IMG/VR virus record: IMGVR_UViG_3300010287_000003
Source: a virus
Direction: 5' to 3' (one strand)
DNA length: 31,111 bases
Made by a program: the position numbers and the translations under genes. The notes under the pieces are model-generated. The model made no database searches. It was given only the letters and a program-made list of their open reading frames with translations, and was not told where the DNA came from. Within the stretch, counting starts at the first letter, position 1. Each line of letters starts with the position of its first letter. Of this stretch, positions 14,903 through 21,704 are shown piece by piece.

Positions 14903-16328
14903 TAATTGGCTATGGCTCGGCGCGATCGCCTGGGTGCTGCTGATCATCGTGACGTGGCACAGCGAGGACCTGGCGGCGACGCCGGTTGTGGCGCAGGGCA
15001 GCGGCGCATCTGATAACGGTTATCAGATAGAGCCGGGGTGGTACATGCGGTTGGGCGAGCTGTACTGGGACGAGGCGACGGGGCACCTGCTGTTATGCAG
15101 CGAGTGGTCTACCGACTGCCCGCCGGGCGCGCCGGTGACTCCGGAGCCGAGCGAGCTGCCGGTCATAATCCCATCCATAACTTACACCCCGGATTTGACT
15201 GCTACACCACCGCCGACCAACACGCCGCGCCCCAGTCCGACGCCGACTCTGACACCGAGCGCGACGCCGGGCATGCCGACGCCGACGCCCGAAATGAAGT
15301 GCTGGGGCACGGTGACGGCGACCAGGCTCAACGTGCGCGACAAGCCCAACGGAACTGTTCTGGGGCAGGTGGCGCAGGGCGACACGCTGGCGCTGGAAGG
15401 CGTGCGCTACGGCGAGGACGGCAGCAAGTGGTATCTGATCTACTGGTTGCCGGACGTGACCGGGTTTGTGGCCGTGCAGTATGTCGAGGTCGATCAGGAT
15501 GCGGCGTGCGGCCACCTGATCGACCGCCCCATGCTGGGCTGGACGGTCGTCCCTGGCGCGAGCCGGGACGCGCTGCTGCTGGCGGGCGATCTGATGATGG
15601 CGGGCGGGATCACACCGTCTGCCACAATCACCAGCGACGGAGAGACGGCGAGCGTGCTGCACGACGCGGGCTGGTTTGTCGTCGTGCGAATGTGGGCGAT
15701 CTGGCCCGGCGACTGCCCGGACATGAGCCTGCCGCCGGCGACGTCGGCGCGGCTGCGCGTCGAATATCTGGAGCGGCAGCACGGCGGGGCGCGGTTCAGC
15801 GCGGCGCAGCTCACCAATGAGTGCGCCTGGCCGAGCGCGGCGTACCTGCGCGACTGGCTGATCGCCGCGGTCGGCGAGTGTGACGATCGGGGCTGGTCGT
15901 GCATCCCGGTGACGTTTAACACCGGGGCGCCGGAGTTGACCTGGCTGGCGACGCTGCGCCCAGCGCTGCGCCTGATGCGCGAGCGCGGCCACTACCTGGG
16001 TTACAATGCCTACCCGTATGACGCGGACCGGTCGCTGTGCGAGGTGAACGACTGGACAAGTTACACCACCTACCGCTGGCGGAAGTTCGCGGAAGAGATC
16101 CCGGTGGACGAGCTGCCGCTGCTCTACCTCACGGAAGCGGCGCGGGGTGACGGCGCGCAGCCGGTGGTGATCGAAGATACGACCTGCTTCGTGGCCGCGA
16201 CGCGCGGCGAAGTGGTGGCGGTCAATTTTTGGTATGACGGCGTGGCGCTGGCACCGTGGACGGGCGCGGCCTGGTCGAACGGAGCGAAGTGGGAAGCGGC
16301 GCGCCAGTGGGCGCGAGCGCTGATCTGA
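14883..16328 (+). CDS. Putative endolysin: signal-anchor + Pro/Thr linker + SH3b-like + C-terminal TIM-barrel-like domain
   Basis: 481 aa, TTG start. N-terminal hydrophobic segment (WLWLGAIAWVLLIIVTW), PT-rich linker and an SH3b-like segment (ATRLNVRDKPNGTVLGQVAQGDTL ... WYLIYW ... GFVAVQYVE). C-terminal about 280 aa carries NEC ... GHYLGYNAY ... LTEAA spacing reminiscent of clan GH-A hydrolases. Confidence 0.5.
   Translation: MKRLTGSNWLWLGAIAWVLLIIVTWHSEDLAATPVVAQGSGASDNGYQIEPGWYMRLGELYWDEATGHLLLCSEWSTDCPPGAPVTPEPSELPVIIPSITYTPDLTATPPPTNTPRPSPTPTLTPSATPGMPTPTPEMKCWGTVTATRLNVRDKPNGTVLGQVAQGDTLALEGVRYGEDGSKWYLIYWLPDVTGFVAVQYVEVDQDAACGHLIDRPMLGWTVVPGASRDALLLAGDLMMAGGITPSATITSDGETASVLHDAGWFVVVRMWAIWPGDCPDMSLPPATSARLRVEYLERQHGGARFSAAQLTNECAWPSAAYLRDWLIAAVGECDDRGWSCIPVTFNTGAPELTWLATLRPALRLMRERGHYLGYNAYPYDADRSLCEVNDWTSYTTYRWRKFAEEIPVDELPLLYLTEAARGDGAQPVVIEDTTCFVAATRGEVVAVNFWYDGVALAPWTGAAWSNGAKWEAARQWARALI
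15008..15028 (+). repeat. 21-bp palindrome copy 3, inside the lysin candidate (encodes SDNGYQ)
   Basis: Exact ATCTGATAACGGTTATCAGAT. TCT at 15009 is in frame with the 14883 start. Confidence 0.97.
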
Positions 16329-16391
16329 GGACGAGAGGGGACAAGGGAAATGGCACTGATCGAACAGACAGTGGATACCGCGGGCGCTGCT

Positions 16392-16652
16392 TTAGCCGCC
16401 CGGGCAGATGCTTTCGCAGGGCACGCCGTCCGCGTCGCCGTCTCGCGCGGTGCAGCCGCACTGCTCTAGCTGGTAGTACGCTTCTTCGCAGGTCATCGTT
16501 TTGCATGTTTTCGTGCAATCGCAGGTGTACGGCGCGGCTTGCGGCGCGGCGGCTGACTCCTGCGCCGGGTGGGGCTGGTCGGACTGGACGACTCCGACGC
16601 TGACGATCAGGGCGAAGACGATCGCGGCAAGATAGTAGATAATGTCTCTCAC
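16392..16652 (-). CDS. Secreted/membrane-anchored Excalibur calcium-binding domain protein
   Basis: GTG 16652 has AGGGGGA 5 nt upstream (track ORF extends to 16742). 86 aa: hydrophobic N-terminus, then CDCTKTCKTMTCEEAYYQLEQCGCTARDGDADGVPCESIC, which matches the Excalibur DxDxDGxxCE pattern. Confidence 0.7.
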   Translation of the reverse strand: MRDIIYYLAAIVFALIVSVGVVQSDQPHPAQESAAAPQAAPYTCDCTKTCKTMTCEEAYYQLEQCGCTARDGDADGVPCESICPGG

Positions 16653-16726
16653 GGTGATCCCCCTGGTGGCGTGTGCGCTGGCTTTAGGATAGCTGGCTCG
16701 CGCAACGGCGCAAGCTGGAAAGCACA

Positions 16727-16751
16727 AGCGCCCCGATCGCACCGGGGCGCT
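16727..16751 (-). terminator. Hairpin downstream of the 728-aa gene (9-bp stem AGCGCCCCG/CGGGGCGCT, 7-nt loop)
   Basis: Lies 17 nt after the reverse-strand stop at 16768. On the reverse strand it is followed by UGUGCUUUCC, a weak U-tract. Confidence 0.4.
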
Positions 16752-16767
16752 GTGTTGGATGGTGGGA

Positions 16768-18954
16768 TTAGGCTTCGTCTGGGTCGTCGGGCTGGAGCAC
16801 GATCAGCAGCCCGGTAAGCGAATTCAGCGCGCCGCGGGCGCACACCTGCGCCTTGTCGATGCGCAGCGCCAGTGCTTCGGCGTCCTTGTCGGAGAGCTTC
16901 CCGGCGAGGTACATGCTGGCTTGGGTGACACGTGTGGCGCGAGATGCGCTGTTGATCAGGCGGTCCAGCTCGACCACTGTGCGCTGGTAGAGGCGCTGGA
17001 CGGCGGCCGGCGGCTCGTTATCCGCCTCGTCGGGTAGCGCGGCGAGCAGCTTGGCGTAGACGTCGCGCCCGGCGTCGGTCAGGACGTAGCCGGTGCACCA
17101 CTGGCTGCCCGATGACCACTTGTTGACCGGGGCGATCCAGCCCTCGCGGATGGCGAGCTTGGCGGCAGGGCTGGTGTCAGTGTAGTCGGCGCCGTCCCAG
17201 GCGGCCGCGAGCAGCGACTCGGAGTTGGGGCGCAGCTCGTGGAGCAGGTGCAGCAGCGGCACATGCTGATCGGCGGGGATGACGGCGAGCGGATCGGGCG
17301 GGGCAACGCGCTTGACTACGCCCGGCTGTGGACGCGCGAGCTTGCCCGCGCCGATCAGCAGGTTCAGAGCGCGGTGGAAGCGGTCGTTTTGCAGACCGCT
17401 TTTCTGGCGGAGCGTTTCGAGTAGCGTGGCTTCGTCTTCCAGCAGGTCGAGCAGGCGATCGGCGTCAAGGGCGGTTTGCGTGGGCGGGAGCGACTTTTCC
17501 CAGTCTTCGGCGTCAGCTTCGTGCTCGTCCGGCTCGTCCTCGTAGTCGCCGGTGCAGTCGTCCGCCAGCTCATCATCCGGCGTCGCTTCGGCTTCGGCCT
17601 CGGTCTGCTGGCGGCGGGCGTCGTCTTCGGCCATGCTCTGCTGCCACTCTTCGCTGCCTTCGGGGATCTCTTCGCGTTCATCCGGATCGAGCACGTCGAG
17701 CAGGCGCTCGCCTTCAGGGACTTCGCGCCCGGCGGGCTTCTTAATCCACACCGAGAGCGGCGAGAGGGTGAAGCGCTCCAGCTCGCCCGCTTCGCACAGG
17801 GCGTCGATCGCGGCGTTGAGCACGTCCTCATTCATGAGGGTGTGTGAGCGGAGCCAGGCGATCTTGATGGATGAGAGCGTCGGGAAGTCGCGCTGGTGTT
17901 GCGCCACGACGCGGCGCAGCAAATTCACTGCCTCTTCGTCGGCGAACGGCTTGGCTTTGGTAGGACCGGCCGGCAGGTAGAGGTCACGGAGACGCCGCAC
18001 GCGCTGCTCGCTGACGAGGGTTTCCAGCGCGCGCCGCAGGGCTTCCAGCCCTGCCTTATCGTCAAGGCCGATATCCAGCAGCTCGCGGATTTGTGCGGTG
18101 GTGAGAGGCTTCTGGAGCAGGTCCAGGATGCGCGCCTGCAACTCGGTTCCGCAATTCACTCGGAAGAAGTCGCGGCCTTCGACGAGCGTCAGCGGGTCCG
18201 CTTGCTCGGTGCCATACAACCGGTCGTGGAGCGCGTAAGCGTCGAATTCGATTTTGGCCTGGCCGTCCCAGACGCCTGCCGTGACCAGCTTGCGGGCGAC
18301 ATCCACCGCGCGGTGTTCGGCACCATCGTCGCTGCGCCCCAGGATAACAATCGCGTCGCGGTCGAACTTGGCGTTTAACTCCGCTTCGACGCGGGCGCGG
18401 GCTGCTTCAACGCGAGCCTCGGAGTTGACGTTCTGCGTGTAGGTTTCGCCGCCGCGCTGAAACAGGCGCGTCTCGGGCATCTGATAACCGTTATCAGATA
18501 GCTCGCGGCGGATCTTAGACACAAGGGGCTGAGACACCATGCAGCGGCGGGCGATTTCATGATCGGACCACTGGCACCACTCGTCGTCCCCGAGCAGCAT
18601 GAGGACGGCACGGCGCTTGTCCTCGTTGCTGCGCCGGACGCCGTGGCTCGCGTTGGCCTTGACCGCGGCGAGGATTGCGTCACGCTTGGAGCCGGGATGG
18701 ACCGTCGCGTTGATCGCGGTGCGCTGGAGCCGTTTCGCGGCGCGGATGCGGTGCCAGCCGTCGCCGATCCAGTACCACTCGCCGTCGTAGAACAGTTCTA
18801 CATCGGGGAGCTGCGTTCCGGCGGCCATCGCGTTAGCGTAGTCTTCGATCGCGCTCTCGTCGAACACGGCGCGCGCCTGGGTGTCTTCGTCCTCGCGGAT
18901 GCGATCCAGCGGGACCATCTTCGTTTGAACTTCCTCGTCGAACAGGGTGGTCAT
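16768..18954 (-). CDS. Large ParB/Srx-domain protein with HTH and several winged-helix-like modules
   Basis: 728 aa, AGGAG RBS. N-terminus (VPLDRIREDEDTQARAV ... WYWIGDGWHRIRAAKRL ... GSKRDAILAAVKANASHG) fits the ParB N-terminal fold, followed by HEIARRCMVSQPLVSKIRR (HTH). Also has an acidic linker and repeated wH-like segments. Confidence 0.7.
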   Translation of the reverse strand: MTTLFDEEVQTKMVPLDRIREDEDTQARAVFDESAIEDYANAMAAGTQLPDVELFYDGEWYWIGDGWHRIRAAKRLQRTAINATVHPGSKRDAILAAVKANASHGVRRSNEDKRRAVLMLLGDDEWCQWSDHEIARRCMVSQPLVSKIRRELSDNGYQMPETRLFQRGGETYTQNVNSEARVEAARARVEAELNAKFDRDAIVILGRSDDGAEHRAVDVARKLVTAGVWDGQAKIEFDAYALHDRLYGTEQADPLTLVEGRDFFRVNCGTELQARILDLLQKPLTTAQIRELLDIGLDDKAGLEALRRALETLVSEQRVRRLRDLYLPAGPTKAKPFADEEAVNLLRRVVAQHQRDFPTLSSIKIAWLRSHTLMNEDVLNAAIDALCEAGELERFTLSPLSVWIKKPAGREVPEGERLLDVLDPDEREEIPEGSEEWQQSMAEDDARRQQTEAEAEATPDDELADDCTGDYEDEPDEHEADAEDWEKSLPPTQTALDADRLLDLLEDEATLLETLRQKSGLQNDRFHRALNLLIGAGKLARPQPGVVKRVAPPDPLAVIPADQHVPLLHLLHELRPNSESLLAAAWDGADYTDTSPAAKLAIREGWIAPVNKWSSGSQWCTGYVLTDAGRDVYAKLLAALPDEADNEPPAAVQRLYQRTVVELDRLINSASRATRVTQASMYLAGKLSDKDAEALALRIDKAQVCARGALNSLTGLLIVLQPDDPDEA
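18479..18499 (-). repeat. 21-bp palindrome copy 4, inside the 728-aa ParB-like gene (encodes SDNGYQ on the reverse strand)
   Basis: The + strand reads ATCTGATAACCGTTATCAGAT, so the central base is G on the sense (reverse) strand. In frame with start 18954. Confidence 0.97.
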
Positions 18955-18966
18955 GCCTAAAAACTC

Positions 18967-19125
18967 CTAGTAAATCTGGCCGCAGATTGCGACGCCAGCG
19001 AACAGCACAATGAAGGGCCAGAGGCAGCCGAGCCATTTCCGAAAGCTGCCCTGAACGCGGACGCGGCCGCCGGCGATCAGCATCATCGGCTGGCGGGCTG
19101 CTGGATCTTCGGGTAGATTCTTCAT
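18967..19125 (-). CDS. Small membrane protein (52 aa; alternative start 19140)
   Basis: MKNLPEDPAARQPMMLIAGGRVRVQGSFRKWLGCLWPFIVLFAGVAICGQIY has a C-terminal TM segment. AAAGGAAG lies upstream of ATG 19125. The rest of the longer track ORF is Arg/Pro-rich and unlikely. Confidence 0.4.
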   Translation of the reverse strand: MKNLPEDPAARQPMMLIAGGRVRVQGSFRKWLGCLWPFIVLFAGVAICGQIY

Positions 19126-19190
19126 CGGGCTTCCTTTCATGGTGGCGCGGGCGTGTTTGCGGCACGCCCGCGCGCTGCGCTGTGAAGGGG

Positions 19191-19559
19191 CTAGCTGTTG
19201 CCGGGGCGGGCCAGACGAGGTTCCGCCCTGGTGCTTTCTACGAGGCTCGTGAGAGCAGCGTTCGTTTCGTGCGCTGCGCGGGCGGCTGTTGCCCACAGAT
19301 CCCACACGGCGGCGATGTTGGGGCTGCGCGTGACCGCCGCATAGTCCGTCAGGAACTCTTTTTCGACGATGACCAGGTCCTCGGGCCGGGCGTAGTAGTA
19401 CGTGTTCCAGGCGATTTCGACACGGATGTAGGTCGGGCCGACAGCGTCCACGACGCCGAGCCGTCCGGCGGGGAGCGTCGCGTCGGGGCGGTTGCGGTTC
19501 TGCAGGTCCTTCTTTGGGGCGACCAGGTCGCCGACTTCGATGCAGTCCATTGTCCTCAT
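19191..19559 (-). CDS. Hypothetical protein
   Basis: 122-aa ORF in the leftward operon with normal amino-acid composition and no recognised motif. Confidence 0.55.
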   Translation of the reverse strand: MRTMDCIEVGDLVAPKKDLQNRNRPDATLPAGRLGVVDAVGPTYIRVEIAWNTYYYARPEDLVIVEKEFLTDYAAVTRSPNIAAVWDLWATAARAAHETNAALTSLVESTRAEPRLARPGNS

Positions 19560-19562
19560 TCC

Positions 19563-20351
19563 TTAAACCTGGGCCGGGGCGGGCGCGGGTAAAACTTCGA
19601 TGGCGGCGACGACGTCTTCGAGGCTGACGCCTTTCGGCAGGAGCGCGGCGTGAATGCGAACGCCAGTCACTTCGAGCGTTTCCGGCTCCGGCTCAGACTG
19701 CGAGCGGAACGGGTAGAAGGGGCGGCCGATGACAACTTTCAGATCGTCCGACGTGGGCAGACCGAGCCGACGACGGTAGTAATCCTCGTTGTGTTGCAGT
19801 CGGCTGTACTCACGCCGCAGGTCGGCGAGTTCGCTCCGCGTCTTTGAGAGCGCATCTTTCGCCTCTTCGAGCTGCCGGAGCAGCGAGTTTTCGTACTCGT
19901 CACGACCGGTGCAGATGCTGGCGTAGCGCTGCGCCTCGGCGCGCGTCTCGCCGATGATGCGGGCCTGGCTTTCGCGCAGATCTTCGGACACCTTCAGTTT
20001 GCGCGTCAGCTCGCCGATGCGCTGGCGCTGGCGCCACCAGCTCCGCAGGGCGACGGAGCGCAGACGAGCCGCCGTCTCGGGATTGCGGCGCAGAAGCCGG
20101 TATTGCCGGTAGGCTTCGCGGTAGGCAGCGCGGATGCTTTTGCTGCTGCTGCCGACGGGCGTGGACTGGAGATGCAGTAGCGGGAAGATCACAACCCAGC
20201 GGCCACCCCAGTCGGAGTGGATGCGCATGTGCAGCAGCGTGTTTCCGCTGGGATCGATCCAGGCGGTTTCTTGCAGGTCCTTGTCGCCGATCTTGGAAAC
20301 GCGAAGATTGCGTGTGTTCGGCCTGAAGATGTTGGAGTTCTTCTCAGACAT
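19563..20351 (-). CDS. Hypothetical protein with central coiled-coil, first gene of the leftward operon
   Basis: 262 aa, AGGAG RBS. Lies downstream of a strong leftward promoter. No HTH recognised. Confidence 0.6.
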   Translation of the reverse strand: MSEKNSNIFRPNTRNLRVSKIGDKDLQETAWIDPSGNTLLHMRIHSDWGGRWVVIFPLLHLQSTPVGSSSKSIRAAYREAYRQYRLLRRNPETAARLRSVALRSWWRQRQRIGELTRKLKVSEDLRESQARIIGETRAEAQRYASICTGRDEYENSLLRQLEEAKDALSKTRSELADLRREYSRLQHNEDYYRRRLGLPTSDDLKVVIGRPFYPFRSQSEPEPETLEVTGVRIHAALLPKGVSLEDVVAAIEVLPAPAPAQV

Positions 20352-20476
20352 AATTGGCTCCTATTGGTTCTATACGGTCTCAATGGTATATCCATTCTGA
20401 ATTTCGTGCTTGGGGATGGCGCTCCTTTCGCGTGGCGGGGCTTGTGTCTGCCGCGTCATTCAGACTACTTGTAATC

Positions 20477-20505
20477 ATGATAAAAGAAGTCTCAATGAAA
20501 GTCAA
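20477..20505 (-). promoter_or_regulatory. Leftward early promoter (TTGACT - 17 nt - TATCAT on the reverse strand)
   Basis: The reverse complement of 20461-20510 reads agttgTTGACTttcattgagacttctttTATCATgatt. The spacer contains the repeated motif CATTGAGAC. Confidence 0.6.
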
Positions 20506-20525
20506 CAACTAGTCTCTATCGTATG

Positions 20526-20555
20526 TTGACAAAAGAGAACCGGGTGCTTTATCCT
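20526..20555 (+). promoter_or_regulatory. Rightward early promoter (TTGACA - 17/18 nt - TTATCC/TATCCT)
   Basis: TTGACA at 20526-20531 and a -10-like hexamer at 20549-20555. Lies about 40 nt upstream of the XRE-gene start and back-to-back with the leftward promoter. Confidence 0.55.
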
Positions 20556-20591
20556 AGAAACGAAACGGCCACTTCTAGCAAGGTGGGATGT

Positions 20592-20900
20592 ATGGACCAA
20601 TCGAGAACGGCGAGCGAACCAAAACGCAGGTTAAGACTGAGGAATCGCTTCGCGGAACTCCTGGCCGCGCACCAGCGGACGACACGCCGTAACTGGAAAT
20701 ATGAAGAGATTTCCAAAGTGACAGGAGTCTCTCCCGGTACGTTGTCTTCTTACGCGCAGAACAAGGTCACTCGATATGACGAAGTGACCGTTGTGCCGCT
20801 GATGGAGTTTTTTGGCCTCACCGACGTCGGCAAGCTTTTGGTGCTCGAAGAAGAAGAGGTCGAAGACGAGGGGCAGCAAAAAGCCGTCGCGGCGGGATAG
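20592..20900 (+). CDS. XRE-family HTH transcriptional regulator (Cro/CI-like)
   Basis: ATG 20592 with AAGGTGGGA upstream; the track ORF start 20523 would include the promoter. NWKYEEISKVTGVSPGTLSSYAQNKVTRYD is a typical HTH_XRE; the C-terminal tail is acidic. Confidence 0.75.
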   Translation: MDQSRTASEPKRRLRLRNRFAELLAAHQRTTRRNWKYEEISKVTGVSPGTLSSYAQNKVTRYDEVTVVPLMEFFGLTDVGKLLVLEEEEVEDEGQQKAVAAG

Positions 20901-20995
20901 CACCACGACGGCGAGCGCGAGCGCGGTGAAGTCGCGTCGCGCCTGAAATTGAGTATAGTAATTTTTGTGCCTCAATGCAGCGTTAAGGATTTAGC

Positions 20996-21559
20996 ATGTT
21001 TCGCGCAATTCTCATAGTCGTTGTCCTGTTCGGCCTGGCGATCCCGGCGGCGAGCGGGCAAGAAGAACAACGGTTCGAGGGGGCAGGGATGGACGTGTGG
21101 GTGCCGGGTGGCTGGCAGGTGACGGAGACTGACGACGACGTCGTGCTGACCAATCTGCCGACTGACAAGCCGGACTGGCTGGCGACGATCGAGCCGGGGC
21201 GGGTGACCGCGCACCTGGCGCCGCTGAGCGCGCTGGTCGAGAGCGGAATCCTGACGGACGATCCGGCGTTTCTCGCGGGCACTTACACCGGTGTCGCGCT
21301 GACGACGAACGCGTTTATGAGCGCGTTCTCGCCGACGCCGTCCGCCGAGCCGCTGACGTACACGATCAGCGAGCTGGTGGAAGAGGACGGCGTGTGGTCG
21401 GTGGAGATGACGATCGGCGGCGGAAAACCGGTCGATCTACTGATCGTCGTAGTGGAAGACGCCTTTGTGCTTACCGCTAGCGCGCCGCGTGGGGAACTGG
21501 GCCAGTGGCGTGACGTGCTGAACGAGATCGCGGCAAAGGCCGTCGCTGCGACCGCCTGA
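20996..21559 (+). CDS. Secreted hypothetical protein (signal peptide)
   Basis: The N-terminus of this 187-aa ORF, MFRAILIVVVLFGLAIPAASGQ, looks like a signal peptide. Function unknown. Confidence 0.6.
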   Translation: MFRAILIVVVLFGLAIPAASGQEEQRFEGAGMDVWVPGGWQVTETDDDVVLTNLPTDKPDWLATIEPGRVTAHLAPLSALVESGILTDDPAFLAGTYTGVALTTNAFMSAFSPTPSAEPLTYTISELVEEDGVWSVEMTIGGGKPVDLLIVVVEDAFVLTASAPRGELGQWRDVLNEIAAKAVAATA

Positions 21560-21635
21560 TCTTTAACAACTGAGGACCTCGCCGAGCCTGGGCAGTAGGG
21601 GGCTGGCAGAGGGAGAGTTTTGGACAAAGACGCAG

Positions 21636-21665
21636 AGGTCCCGGGTTCAAGTCCCGGCACCCCGA
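21636..21665 (+). other. tRNA 3'-end fragment (T-arm + acceptor 3' strand + discriminator A); probable attP core
   Basis: CCGGG-TTCAAGT-CCCGG followed by CACCCCG-A. No complementary 5' acceptor strand (CGGGGTG) or anticodon arm lies upstream. About 40 nt from the integrase gene end. Confidence 0.65.
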
Positions 21666-21704
21666 CTAACACTCTCCCCTTTTTGTACCCCTTTTGGCAC
21701 TCTA

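Noticed and set aside
20523-20591. Longer form of the XRE regulator starting at ATG 20523.
   Set aside because: That start lies within the predicted -35 region of the gene's own promoter. ATG 20592 has a proper RBS and yields a standard-size HTH protein.
21590-21665. Complete tRNA gene next to the integrase.
   Set aside because: Only the T-arm and the 3' acceptor strand are present. There is no CGGGGTG 5' acceptor strand, D-arm or anticodon arm upstream, so it is an attP-type fragment.
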